This document shows, piece by piece, positions 9,217 to 18,942 of a DNA stretch of 64,000 nucleotides. The number at the start of each line of letters is the position of its first letter. Position 1 is the first letter of the stretch. A program made the position numbers and the translations under genes. The stretch is from Thermoplasmata archaeon (GTDB lineage Archaea > Thermoplasmatota > Thermoplasmata > RBG-16-68-12 > JAFNFQ01): NCBI GenBank assembly GCA_041489255.1, contig JBGPQV010000005.1, positions 78,460 to 142,459 on the forward strand, given 5' to 3'. The notes under the pieces were generated by a model. The model was not told the origin of the DNA. It worked only from the letters and a program-made list of their open reading frames with translations, and did not search any database.

Positions 9217-10401
9217 ATGAAGATTCCGATCGGACCGCAGCACCCCGCCCTCAAGGAGCCCGTGGGGTTCATGGTGAATGTCGAGGGTGAGAGGATCAAG
9301 TCGCTCGACCTCGACGTGAGCTACAACCACCGCGGCATCGAGAAAGGCGTGGAGCAGAGGGACTTCAACCAGTCGCTCTACCTCATTGAGCGCATCTGTG
9401 GCATCTGTTCGCACGCGCACGCGACGAACTTCGTAAAGGGCGTCGAGGAACTCATGAACCTGGAGATCCCCAAGAGGGCCACCTATATCCGACTCATCGT
9501 CGGTGAGCTCGAGCGCATCCACAGTCACTATCTCTGGGTCGGCGTGGCTGGCCACGAGATCGGCTTCGACACGCTATTCATGTACACGTGGCGGGACCGA
9601 GAGCTAGTGCAGGACCTGCTCGAGATCATAAGCGGGAACCGCGTGAACTATGCAATCAATTGCCTCGGTGGCGTAAGGCGCGACCTCAGTGAGAAGACAA
9701 TCAACCTCGCCTTGGACCACCTGAAGAAGCTCGGCGAGAGAGCCATCTATTACACCAGGCTTGCGACCACAGAGGAGACCATGGTCGGTAGGCTGGCGGG
9801 CGTGGGCAAGTTGTCGCACGAGAAGGCGAAGACCCTCGGGTCCGTCGGTCCGACCGCGAGGGGTTCCGGCGTGGACAGCGACGTGAGGCGGGACGACCCC
9901 TACCTGGCGTACGCCGATGTGCCGTTCAAGGTGATCACCGCAAACAACTGCGACGTTCTCGGCCGCACGATAGTCAGGGCGGGCGAGCTGGCGCAGTCGA
10001 TTGAAATGACCAAGTGGGCGCTGGAGAACCTCCCGCCCGGAGAAATCAAGAAAGCCCCGCCAAGGTCCGCGCCGCCCGGAGAGGTCATCAGCAGATACGA
10101 GGCGCCGCGCGGGGAGCTGGTGCACTACATCAAGAGCAACAACACCGACAAGGCGGAAAGGTTCGGAGTCAGGACGCCGACGATGGCGAACTGGCCGTCG
10201 GTGGTCGAGGGCTTGACCGGGCAGAACATCGCCGACATACCGATCGTTGTAGCCGCCATCGACCCTTGCCTGAGCTGCACGTCGAGGACCACGTTCGTGG
10301 ACACCGACAGCCGCAAGTCGTGGGTCTGGAACTGGGACGAGCTGAGGAACTACAGCATTAGATGGTACCGGGAGAACAAGGGCATCTATTGGGGTGACTG
10401 A
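9217..10401 (+). CDS. Group 4 [NiFe]-hydrogenase large subunit
   Basis: GPQHP, both Ni-binding motifs (ERICGICSHAH and DPCLSCTSR) and a C-terminal extension. Confidence 0.95.
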   Translation: MKIPIGPQHPALKEPVGFMVNVEGERIKSLDLDVSYNHRGIEKGVEQRDFNQSLYLIERICGICSHAHATNFVKGVEELMNLEIPKRATYIRLIVGELERIHSHYLWVGVAGHEIGFDTLFMYTWRDRELVQDLLEIISGNRVNYAINCLGGVRRDLSEKTINLALDHLKKLGERAIYYTRLATTEETMVGRLAGVGKLSHEKAKTLGSVGPTARGSGVDSDVRRDDPYLAYADVPFKVITANNCDVLGRTIVRAGELAQSIEMTKWALENLPPGEIKKAPPRSAPPGEVISRYEAPRGELVHYIKSNNTDKAERFGVRTPTMANWPSVVEGLTGQNIADIPIVVAAIDPCLSCTSRTTFVDTDSRKSWVWNWDELRNYSIRWYRENKGIYWGD

Positions 10402-11377
10402 GTTGGATGCCTGGCTGGTCTTCCTGTACGTCCTGGTCTTCCCAGGCATATTCTTCCTGCTGGGCTACAGCTTCTTCGCCGAGTGGTTCGACAGGAAGAT
10501 GTACGCCAAGATGCAGAACAGGGTCGGCCCGCCGCTGGTCCAGCCGTTCGCCGACTTCATCAAGCTGCTGTCCAAGGAGGATATAATGCCGGAAGGGGTC
10601 GAGGCGAAGCCCTACAACGTCCTGCCCCTGTTCGCGTTCGCCGCCGTTGCGACGTCGTTCATCTATATCCCGACATTCATGTCTAGCAGTCCGGTCGGGT
10701 TCCAGGGCGATCTCCTCCTCGTGCTCTACATGCTGACGTTGCCGACGATTATCCTCTTCCTGGTCGGCTGGTACTCCCACAACACCTTCGCGACGATCGG
10801 CGCGTACAGGGCGGTGAGCCAGCTGTTCGTCTACGAAGTGCCTCTGTTCATAGCGGCACTCGGCCCGGCGCTGTGGGTCAAGAGCTGGTCGGTCAGCGAC
10901 ATCGTCTCCTGGCAGCAGGGCAACCCCTGGCTGTTCCTGATACAGCCGCTTGGATTCATCATCGCGATCATCTGCCTGCAGGCGAAGCTTGAGCGGATAC
11001 CGTTCGACATACCCGAGGCCGAGACCGAGATCGTCGGCGGGCCTCTGGTCGAGTACTCCGGCAGGAAGCTCGCGCTCTTCCGCATAGCGACCGACATGCT
11101 GATGGTGACCGGCGCGTCGCTGATTGGGGCGCTGTACCTCGGGGGCCCCAGCGTCGGGTTCTCCCTCGATTCGCTGCCGTTCTGGGCGGCGGGCGTCATC
11201 GGCTTCGTCGCTTTCCTGCTCAAGACCCTCCTGATAGTCTTCCTGCTTTCCTTCATCAGGGCGGCATTCGCCCGCCTGAGGATCGACCAGATGACCAGCT
11301 TCGGCTGGAAATGGCTGGCATCTTTGGCGCTGTTTCAAATATTCCTCGTGATAGGTATGCGGATGGTGGTCCAGTGA
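10394..11377 (+). CDS. NuoH/HycD-like membrane subunit
   Basis: RKMYAKMQNRVGP, QPFADFIKLLSKE, RIPFDIPEAETEIVGG, RLRIDQ. Confidence 0.95.
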   Translation: MTELDAWLVFLYVLVFPGIFFLLGYSFFAEWFDRKMYAKMQNRVGPPLVQPFADFIKLLSKEDIMPEGVEAKPYNVLPLFAFAAVATSFIYIPTFMSSSPVGFQGDLLLVLYMLTLPTIILFLVGWYSHNTFATIGAYRAVSQLFVYEVPLFIAALGPALWVKSWSVSDIVSWQQGNPWLFLIQPLGFIIAIICLQAKLERIPFDIPEAETEIVGGPLVEYSGRKLALFRIATDMLMVTGASLIGALYLGGPSVGFSLDSLPFWAAGVIGFVAFLLKTLLIVFLLSFIRAAFARLRIDQMTSFGWKWLASLALFQIFLVIGMRMVVQ

Positions 11378-11769
11378 CGAGGCCAGGCGCGGCGTTCTCC
11401 GAGCTTCTAAGATCCCTGACGAAGAGGAGAGCGACGGTTCTCTACCCCTACGAGAAGGTCGACGTTCCGAGCGATTTCAGGGGAAGGATCGAGGTCAGGG
11501 ACGACCTGTGCATCGGATGCTCGAAATGCGCAATCGCGTGCCCCGCCGACGCGATAGAGATGGCGGCCGAGAAGGGCGAGAAGAAGATCAAATACGGCGG
11601 CAAGGAGATTCCGAGGAAGAAGCACCCCGAGGTCAACCTCCTGAGCTGCATCAGGTGTGATGTGTGCGAGGAGGTCTGCCCGACCGCACCGAAGGCGATC
11701 TACATCACGGCCAAGTTCAGCGGCGCCTCGGACAAGAACGTCATACTGGTCGTCCCGACGGTGCCTTGA
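11374..11769 (+). CDS. NuoI-like 2x[4Fe-4S] ferredoxin subunit
   Basis: CIGCSKCAIACP and CIRCDVCEEVCP. GTG 11374 overlaps the upstream stop. Confidence 0.93.
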   Translation: MTRPGAAFSELLRSLTKRRATVLYPYEKVDVPSDFRGRIEVRDDLCIGCSKCAIACPADAIEMAAEKGEKKIKYGGKEIPRKKHPEVNLLSCIRCDVCEEVCPTAPKAIYITAKFSGASDKNVILVVPTVP

Positions 11770-12273
11770 ATGGCGGCCGAGAGCTTCGAAGAGGAGCTCA
11801 AGGCTCTCCTGAAGGGCGCGAAGAAGACCGTTGTCATGGCGGTGGGAGACGAGCTGGATCCTCGAGACTGCCTAGGGCACTTGGCAGGACGCAGGGTTTC
11901 CGCCCTGAATCTGAAGGGAGTCGATGTGCTGCTCACCTCTCAGATGCCGGAGAACTTCACATCAGTCGTCAGGCGGATGAAACCTAGTCATGTCGTCCTC
12001 ATCGACGCGGCTCAGATGGGCAGGAGTCCTGGTGATGTGGCCATCATAGACTCAGGGAAGATTTCTGCCACTCGAGTCTCCACGCACGCTTTGCCCCTTT
12101 CGGTGCTTATGGACTACCTGAAGAAGGAGCTGAAGGTGAAGGTCGCTCTCATAGGTATCCAGCCAACATCCTCAGAGGAGTACGGCGAGGCCGAGCAGCC
12201 TCCCGCAATCCAGAGAGGCATCGAGAGAATCGCCAGCGGGATCAAGGCGGCGATTGGCGGCCGAGTTCGGTGA
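11770..12273 (+). CDS. hycI: Hydrogenase maturation endopeptidase (HycI family)
   Basis: MPEN, VVLIDAA, STHALPL and LIGIQP motifs; last gene of the hydrogenase operon. Confidence 0.88.
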   Translation: MAAESFEEELKALLKGAKKTVVMAVGDELDPRDCLGHLAGRRVSALNLKGVDVLLTSQMPENFTSVVRRMKPSHVVLIDAAQMGRSPGDVAIIDSGKISATRVSTHALPLSVLMDYLKKELKVKVALIGIQPTSSEEYGEAEQPPAIQRGIERIASGIKAAIGGRVR

Positions 12274-12349
12274 GACGGAAGCCGCTGCGGTCAGGTCCGA
12301 GCTCGCGCTCAACTGCAAGGAATTCAAGAAGCAGCGGGCGGCGGGTCCA

Positions 12350-12622
12350 TTACGCTAAGTGCAGATGTCGCCCCTCGATGTAGGTCGCCATGCGCTCGAT
12401 CCCGGGCAGCGTCCTGATTTTGTGCATCATTATCTCGGCCAGATCCTCGGGACCCTTCCCTTTCACTGTCACCAGGTACTCGTACCCGTCGACGATGAAG
12501 TAGGTGTCCTTCACCTCCGGTATGTCGTATAGGCCGGAGAAGAACCTGCGCTCGGCGCCAGGCTCGACCTTGAGCAACGCATAGCCTCGAAGTTCGCCAT
12601 TCTGCTGGTTCATCATGTCCAA
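12350..12622 (-). CDS. Stand-alone Lrp/AsnC ligand-binding domain protein
   Basis: RGYALLKVEPG...DGYEYLV...KIRTLPGIERMATYI. Confidence 0.75.
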   Translation of the reverse strand: MDMMNQQNGELRGYALLKVEPGAERRFFSGLYDIPEVKDTYFIVDGYEYLVTVKGKGPEDLAEIMMHKIRTLPGIERMATYIEGRHLHLA

Positions 12623-12929
12623 GACTGCTCCGATTGATTCATTGTATGGGCGTGGGAGGGTAACTAATTTGTCAAAATACAGTGGGGTTTGCGGGACACC
12701 GGCAAATTACATGGCGTTCATCGCGCGGAAGGCCATTACATCCCATCCTATTCCCAGAGTCGAAATTAGTAATATGGATTAGCGTACCGCCGAACGAACT
12801 GAATATACTCTGGTCGCCGGGAACATACTTAATTCAATTAAATCCCGAAAAATCTCAAACGGGTCGTCCTGGCCTCAAGACCAACTGGATCCGACAGATG
12901 ATTGCGATTCACCATCGCTACAGAAAACA

Positions 12930-13832
12930 TCAGGCGAGGCGAGGCGCTCCTTCAGGATCCACATGGATGACGAGGTATCGACACCCGGTCGCCTCCGTCA
13001 CGCGCTTGTGCACCTCGATGGATATCCGGTCTCCCTCTTCGATCGACATTCCCCTCTTGACCTCGATGTGGAACCCCGCGTGGATGGCATCTGGCCCCAC
13101 ATACTCCGCCAGGATCTTGTGGACTCCGATCACGCCTTCGACCGAGCGGGCGGCTGTCTCCAGCTTCTTGATGAACTCCGGTCCGGGGGATGTCCCGAGG
13201 AGCATGGACATGTTCTCCCTGAACAGCTTGACCGCCGCATATGCGATGACCGTCGCGACGATGATCGCCGCAATAGGGTCAGCGAGGGGCTCTCCCCAGA
13301 TGATGAACAGCGTGCCGGCAAAGGCAGCGACGAGACCGAGCTCGTCATTGATCAGCTCTCTCATCTGCGCCTTGGCCACGGGTCCACGGTTCTTGATCCG
13401 CAGGAAGCTGAGAAAGGGGATCGAGGAGATCACCATGGAGACGGCGATCACTCCGAGCGCGAGCGGCAGGTTCTGATACACGGCTGTCTCGTGGCTATAC
13501 AGTCTCGGGATTGCCTCCTCGTACAGCTTGAAGCTCGTGAAGGAAATGAAGAGGGTAGCGGCGACGAGGGCGGCCACGCCTTGAGCGCGCCCGTGCCCGA
13601 ACAGATGTTCCTTGTCAGCGCCCTTGCTCGACCATATCGAGGCGAAGAGCAGGAAGCCCGAGATGATGATGTCGCTGAGGGTATGGACGGCCTCGGCGAA
13701 GAGGACGATGACCCCGGTCACGAGGAAGACGGCTATTTTCAGCACGAAGACGACGAGGTAGACGGCCACGGCGAGCTTCAGCGCCCCAGTTTCGCCGGAT
13801 CCCCGAATCGCCGGATTAAATGTCTGATTCAT
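12930..13832 (-). CDS. Cation diffusion facilitator (FieF-like)
   Basis: AEAVHTLSD, HLFGHGRA, ADPIAAIIV and IHVDP. Start placed at ATG 13832. Confidence 0.92.
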   Translation of the reverse strand: MNQTFNPAIRGSGETGALKLAVAVYLVVFVLKIAVFLVTGVIVLFAEAVHTLSDIIISGFLLFASIWSSKGADKEHLFGHGRAQGVAALVAATLFISFTSFKLYEEAIPRLYSHETAVYQNLPLALGVIAVSMVISSIPFLSFLRIKNRGPVAKAQMRELINDELGLVAAFAGTLFIIWGEPLADPIAAIIVATVIAYAAVKLFRENMSMLLGTSPGPEFIKKLETAARSVEGVIGVHKILAEYVGPDAIHAGFHIEVKRGMSIEEGDRISIEVHKRVTEATGCRYLVIHVDPEGAPRLA

Positions 13833-14019
13833 TTTGGGTTGCGGACATGATAGGAAGGAACATGATAAGATTCTTCGGATAGATTTCGGGGGATTCCACC
13901 AGCATCGATGAGAACCTATAAATGTCGAGGCAAGATGCCCTTGAAGAATCCTGTAGAACCCTGACCAGGAGAGTGTTAGCATCAGAAAGAACGCGAAGCT
14001 TGGTAGCGTCATCCTAGGA

Positions 14020-15519
14020 ATGCTTGTGCTTGCCTCGATATTCGTTGCGGCGATGCCTCGGACTCCGAGCGCGGCGGGAGACTCCGGGACACGTTCAAGG
14101 ATCGCGACGTTGACATCCGCACTCGTGCCGACAACGCCGGTTCTGGACGGCCAAGGCACCGACACGGCTTGGAGTCAGGCCAATGAGATTGTGGTAACCG
14201 TCAGCGGTGGTGAGAACACCGTCGGGAACGTGGACGTCCACCTGAAGTCTGCGTATGTCGGCGGCAGGGTGTATTTCCTGGCGCAATGGGCAGATCCGAA
14301 TGACAGCAAGGACAGGTTCCCCTGGGAATATGATGTCGCGGCAGGCGAGTGGGAGCAGAAAGGCGACATCAGCAGCGGTCAGGAGAATACCTATTACGAG
14401 GACAAGCTCGCGATGATCTGGGACATCGGGGGGACGGTGTCCGGCTTCGGCGGCCCCACAGGCACCGGTCCGACGACCACATGCCACAGTGGCTTGCATT
14501 ACACCAATGGTCCGGCAGAATTGGCGGACATCTGGCACTGGAAGCGCGTCAGGACCGGACCCGTGAACCAGATGGACGATCAGTACATGAACAGCAGCAA
14601 CGGGGCCGGATGGCCTGAGGGAGGTCGACACAGCGACCCCAAGACCAGCGGTGGCTACTCCGACAACAACCAGACGCTGAATTACGAAGACAACCCGGGT
14701 GTCCAAGCGTACGTGCCCAAGGCATGGGTTCCGGCGGCATCGGGTAATGATCTGTACTGGGTCAGGAATTCCGATCTCGGTGTCAGGGCCTACAATATAA
14801 CGAAGGTCTGGACGAATGGCACGATGCAGGACGAACAGGGCACTTATATCCTCAATTCGACGGCCCAGATTCCAGGAATACTCGTCGCTCCATTCGTCGG
14901 AGATCGAGGTAACATCACGGCCGGGGCTCTGTGGAGCAGCGGCTCATGGACTTTGGAGTTCGGCAGAGACTTGGTCACCGGCAGCCAATTTGACGTACAG
15001 TTCAGCGACACCAGTCCGGCCGCCACCTACGATTTCGGCCTTGCCACTTTCAACAACTCGCAGAAGGGACACAACAAGGAGTTCAACGCGGTCTACGGGT
15101 TTGTGTTCGGGCAGCCGAACCAGCCGCCGACCACGCCGACGATAAGCACCAGTCCCTCGAGCCCTGTTGCGGGCGAGGCGGTCACATTCACCGCCACAGC
15201 AACGGATCCGGATACAGGAGATTCGCTCACCTACACCTGGGAGTTCGGTGACGGGACATCAAGCGTCACGGGCAATCCCGCGACTCACACCTACGACTCA
15301 GTCGGCAATTACACGGTGAACGTGACGGTGGACGATGGGCACGGGCACACGAGGTCCGCATCACTGATCATCACGGTGGGCGAGAGCACGGGGTTGTCGA
15401 ACACAGTGGTAATCATCATTGTGGCGGTGATCGTGATACTCGTCCTTCTGATGGCAGTCGGGCTGAGCAGGCGGAAGAAGCCAGAGCCGCCGGCATCGCC
15501 CCCGCCACCATCACAATAA
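14020..15519 (+). CDS. Secreted, membrane-anchored DOMON-like (ethylbenzene dehydrogenase gamma-type) heme-binding protein with PKD domain
   Basis: Signal peptide; PVLDG...AW, QWADP, YEDKLAMIW, DIWHWK, WTLEFGR; PKD motif YTWEFGDG; C-terminal TM followed by RRKK. The reading frame is open further upstream, so the start may be earlier. Confidence 0.8.
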   Translation: MLVLASIFVAAMPRTPSAAGDSGTRSRIATLTSALVPTTPVLDGQGTDTAWSQANEIVVTVSGGENTVGNVDVHLKSAYVGGRVYFLAQWADPNDSKDRFPWEYDVAAGEWEQKGDISSGQENTYYEDKLAMIWDIGGTVSGFGGPTGTGPTTTCHSGLHYTNGPAELADIWHWKRVRTGPVNQMDDQYMNSSNGAGWPEGGRHSDPKTSGGYSDNNQTLNYEDNPGVQAYVPKAWVPAASGNDLYWVRNSDLGVRAYNITKVWTNGTMQDEQGTYILNSTAQIPGILVAPFVGDRGNITAGALWSSGSWTLEFGRDLVTGSQFDVQFSDTSPAATYDFGLATFNNSQKGHNKEFNAVYGFVFGQPNQPPTTPTISTSPSSPVAGEAVTFTATATDPDTGDSLTYTWEFGDGTSSVTGNPATHTYDSVGNYTVNVTVDDGHGHTRSASLIITVGESTGLSNTVVIIIVAVIVILVLLMAVGLSRRKKPEPPASPPPPSQ

Positions 15520-15582
15520 GCCAAGACCGCAGGTGGCAGAAAGGAGAGAGGAACGGTCGAGTCCCTCTCCATCTTCATTTCT

Positions 15583-18213
15583 TCAAGAGGCGATGGTCTT
15601 CTTTTTTACCCTCTCTTTGCGATAGAGGGTCGCCTCGGACCACATCCTGATGCAGATCCCCGCCGCCATCAGCCAACCGCCACCCCATAGGGACGCCATC
15701 ATCGGGTTCTCACGGACTCCGAACCACACGCTAGTCAATGCTGAGTTGTCCGTCCTGTACGGCTCATGCGTGAGCGGGTCGGGCTGATCGTTCACCGTGA
15801 AATTCTGATTCCCCGCATTGAAACCTGTGAAGGTGAAGTAGAGATCTCCGCCGAAGTCCGAGCGGATCAGCGGGTCCGATGCGTAGTGGAAGAAGCCTCC
15901 ACTACCGCGCTGCCACATCATCTTGAGTGATAGGGTGAAGAGATGCCCGCCACCGTCCGATACGTCAACGATTGCGGTTATTTCCTCATAAAGAGTATCG
16001 CCATTGACGTCGACACCGCTCGAGTCCAGAAGCTGGAACCTGTAGCCTGACGGGATGTTCGATGCTCGGTCGGTGAACGCCGTGACATCGTGATTCGAGG
16101 CGAAGTATGTGCTCGACGCATAGCCGAGGATGAGGAGAGCGACTCCAAGATGGACCAGCTGAGGACTCGCGCCACGGAGGACGGAGGTAAATGAGACTCT
16201 TCTATGGCTTTTCTTCTGAAGGAACTCGCGACGCGATAGGATCACGAGCGCAAGTGCAATCATAGAGAGGGCGAGTCCTATGACGAATCCGATGAGGACG
16301 GCTCCTACCAGCGTGGAACATACCCACAGACGAATGTCGTGCTTGCTCACTGCCAGAGCGAGCAAGAGCAGCCCGACAAGAGAAAGAGCCGCGAGGGTGA
16401 TGTCGAGGGGGACTGTTGTTTGGAGGTTCGATTGACGCAGACCGAGCGAGGTTATCCCAGAACTCCACATCACGAAGGCGAGGAGGAGGGAAATGAGGGT
16501 CAGCATCGCCGCAATGCGAAGGTTTCTTGACAGGATGGCGGGAGCCCAGGATTTGGATATCCTCAGGCTGACCGCGAAGATGATCGCGAGCACCAGAGGG
16601 AAATACATGGCTCCGATGTTTGACGCGAAGAGGAAGTAGCTCGCAAGGATCGCGCTGACAAGAATGACGAGGACGATGGGCAGTCTCCTCTTGGTGAAGA
16701 GTCTCCATGTGAGGATAGCGAAAAGCACCGCCCCGACAGGAATCAGGAGGAAAGGCAGACGACCTTCGAACTCTCCAGGACTGAGGGCATTCGCCCCCAA
16801 TATCATCAGGGCGAGGGTCACGAGCGTCCAGAGGATGAACAGCGCGAGGGCTCCGCTCATTGCGTTATCGTCACTGATCCAACTCATCTTACCTTCCTTA
16901 GGAGTCTCATCGGAGGGCGAGGTCGCCAGCATCCAGAGCAGCGGGACTCCGATGAATACCATGGCCAGCAATGCAAATCCAAGTGCCCCATTGCCGAAGC
17001 TGAATGCGCCAGCGACGCTGAGCACGGCGCCGGTGATTCCTTTGGTATCGAGGATAGACCAGACGATTGCCATCAAGTAGACGGCGAGAAAAGCCCAAGG
17101 CACGACCGCCATCGCGCCGGACGTGCGTCCCTCGCGTTTCCGCATCCTGGCGAAATGGAGCATGAACAGCGCGGCGGTCGCGAGCAAAGACACCGCCATC
17201 AGCGTGAAGAAAGGAGGTGCCGCCCCGCCAGAGCCGAGGATGTCGAGGAGCCTTGCCCCGAGGTCTTCTTGGACACCGCCAGTGGCGATGAAGCTGTGGA
17301 CCGAGGCTATGATGCCCGTGCGCGTCTCGAAGGTCGCGAACATCGCCAGGGCGAAGACAATGGATGCCAGAGCGGGGGCAAGATGGGCGAACTGCCCCTT
17401 GCGCCTGTTCCAAAGCTGCGCATGGACGAGGGCCGTGAGGGGCAGCCATATCGTCAGATTGGCTGTCTGAACAGGGTCCCATGCCCAGTATCCGCCCCAG
17501 CCCAGCACGGTGTATGACCACAGCGCGCCGATGACAAGCGCGAGGGTCAGGAACAGCCAGGCGGAGCGCGTCCATTGCATCGAAATCCTGGTCCACTTGT
17601 CCTTGCCGCTCAACAGGTGGGCTGCGGCGGTTGCGAAGGGAATAGTGATGATTGCATAGGAGGCGAATTCCAGCGGCGGGTGGACGACCGTGAGAGGGGT
17701 GAGAAGCAGCGGACTCAGGCCCAAACCATTTGATGTGCTTAGATTTGCGAGAAATTCCGGCGGCGTTGGACGGAAAGGGTCGGAAATGAGGAGGATGCAG
17801 AGAAAGGCCGCGAGGATGGTGAGGAGGATGACGGAGCCGAGCGACCTCAATTGCGCACGCTCTTCTGAGTCGTTTTTTCTCCAGATGAAGAACAGTAGGC
17901 TCGACAGGGACAGCAACCACGTCCAGAGGAGCAGAGATCCCTCATCTCCCGCCCAAGCTCCCGCAAGTTTGTATTGCAAAGCATAGTCCGTTCTGCTCTC
18001 GCGGAGAACGTAGTATATCGTCATGTTCGATGAGAGGAAGTAGTAGACCATCAGGAGGAATGCCGCAGATATCACGCCGAAATCAACCAGGAGAAGCATC
18101 TGGGCGAGTTTCCTGGCGACCCTCTGGCCTTTGAGGAGATGCAGTGAAAGCGAGGCCGCGGAGGCGACCGTGAGTATCAGCGAGATCCACAGCAGGGCGG
18201 AGCCCTCATTCAT
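15583..18213 (-). CDS. ccmF: Cytochrome c biogenesis protein CcmF (heme lyase)
   Basis: WAGDEGSLLLW, VHPP, WWD motif GWGGYWAWDPV, SVHSF, LVHLG. Confidence 0.92.
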   Translation of the reverse strand: MNEGSALLWISLILTVASAASLSLHLLKGQRVARKLAQMLLLVDFGVISAAFLLMVYYFLSSNMTIYYVLRESRTDYALQYKLAGAWAGDEGSLLLWTWLLSLSSLLFFIWRKNDSEERAQLRSLGSVILLTILAAFLCILLISDPFRPTPPEFLANLSTSNGLGLSPLLLTPLTVVHPPLEFASYAIITIPFATAAAHLLSGKDKWTRISMQWTRSAWLFLTLALVIGALWSYTVLGWGGYWAWDPVQTANLTIWLPLTALVHAQLWNRRKGQFAHLAPALASIVFALAMFATFETRTGIIASVHSFIATGGVQEDLGARLLDILGSGGAAPPFFTLMAVSLLATAALFMLHFARMRKREGRTSGAMAVVPWAFLAVYLMAIVWSILDTKGITGAVLSVAGAFSFGNGALGFALLAMVFIGVPLLWMLATSPSDETPKEGKMSWISDDNAMSGALALFILWTLVTLALMILGANALSPGEFEGRLPFLLIPVGAVLFAILTWRLFTKRRLPIVLVILVSAILASYFLFASNIGAMYFPLVLAIIFAVSLRISKSWAPAILSRNLRIAAMLTLISLLLAFVMWSSGITSLGLRQSNLQTTVPLDITLAALSLVGLLLLALAVSKHDIRLWVCSTLVGAVLIGFVIGLALSMIALALVILSRREFLQKKSHRRVSFTSVLRGASPQLVHLGVALLILGYASSTYFASNHDVTAFTDRASNIPSGYRFQLLDSSGVDVNGDTLYEEITAIVDVSDGGGHLFTLSLKMMWQRGSGGFFHYASDPLIRSDFGGDLYFTFTGFNAGNQNFTVNDQPDPLTHEPYRTDNSALTSVWFGVRENPMMASLWGGGWLMAAGICIRMWSEATLYRKERVKKKTIAS

Positions 18214-18274
18214 CTGCTAGTCCTCGAGGGTTGACTGGACTCTGCACTTCTCCCGAGATATAAGTAAGTCGTGA

Positions 18275-18820
18275 TTAGGGGGTGCCGCGTCTGCTGAACT
18301 TCCAGGAGCACCAAGTACCTTCAGGCAGCTTGTCGGGCGGGCACGCGACGCATTCGACGCTGACTTCTGGATCGATCTCCTTCACAAATTGCTGGAGGTA
18401 TCCAAACCTAACGGGTTTGCAGGCGAAGACGCTCAACCCTTTCGAGACACGTGTATTCTGCACTCGGCAATCGGTGTTGACGAACACAGCCTCGTCTTTG
18501 CCCTCGACAATCTCCTTGTTCTCCAGATCAAGCGACCAACCGCTCAGGCGCAAAGCCTCCATAACTCCCGCAACACCCTTGCCCTTCAGTCCCATGGTCT
18601 TCTTCAACCGCTTCGCCTCTATTGAGGCCATCGTCTTCCAGACCCCCGCGTCAATCTCGGTTGCCGGCTCTGTTCCGAATCTCTGCTCGATGCCCAGGTA
18701 ATAGAGTCCATCGACTGACCATAGGTTCCTGAGGTGCAGCAACAAGAGGTCGGCCAACTTCTCCTTGTCCATCTTCATCAGCAGTTGCCTATCGGCTTCT
18801 CGAGCGTTTGTCATGGCCAC
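18275..18820 (-). CDS. DUF6125-like (V4R-related) protein
   Basis: WSVDGLYYLGIE, DCRVQ..R, CK, CVACPPD...WCSWKF. Confidence 0.75.
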   Translation of the reverse strand: MAMTNAREADRQLLMKMDKEKLADLLLLHLRNLWSVDGLYYLGIEQRFGTEPATEIDAGVWKTMASIEAKRLKKTMGLKGKGVAGVMEALRLSGWSLDLENKEIVEGKDEAVFVNTDCRVQNTRVSKGLSVFACKPVRFGYLQQFVKEIDPEVSVECVACPPDKLPEGTWCSWKFSRRGTP

Positions 18821-18942
18821 CAGCCCTTCGTTAATGCCAGATATGTGAAAAGCCCCCTCCGATAAAGCCTATCGTATATTCCGAATCAGGCACTGTGGGG
18901 GCTTCCGCAAATTGCTTATCCATCATGACGTTTCAAGCGTTT

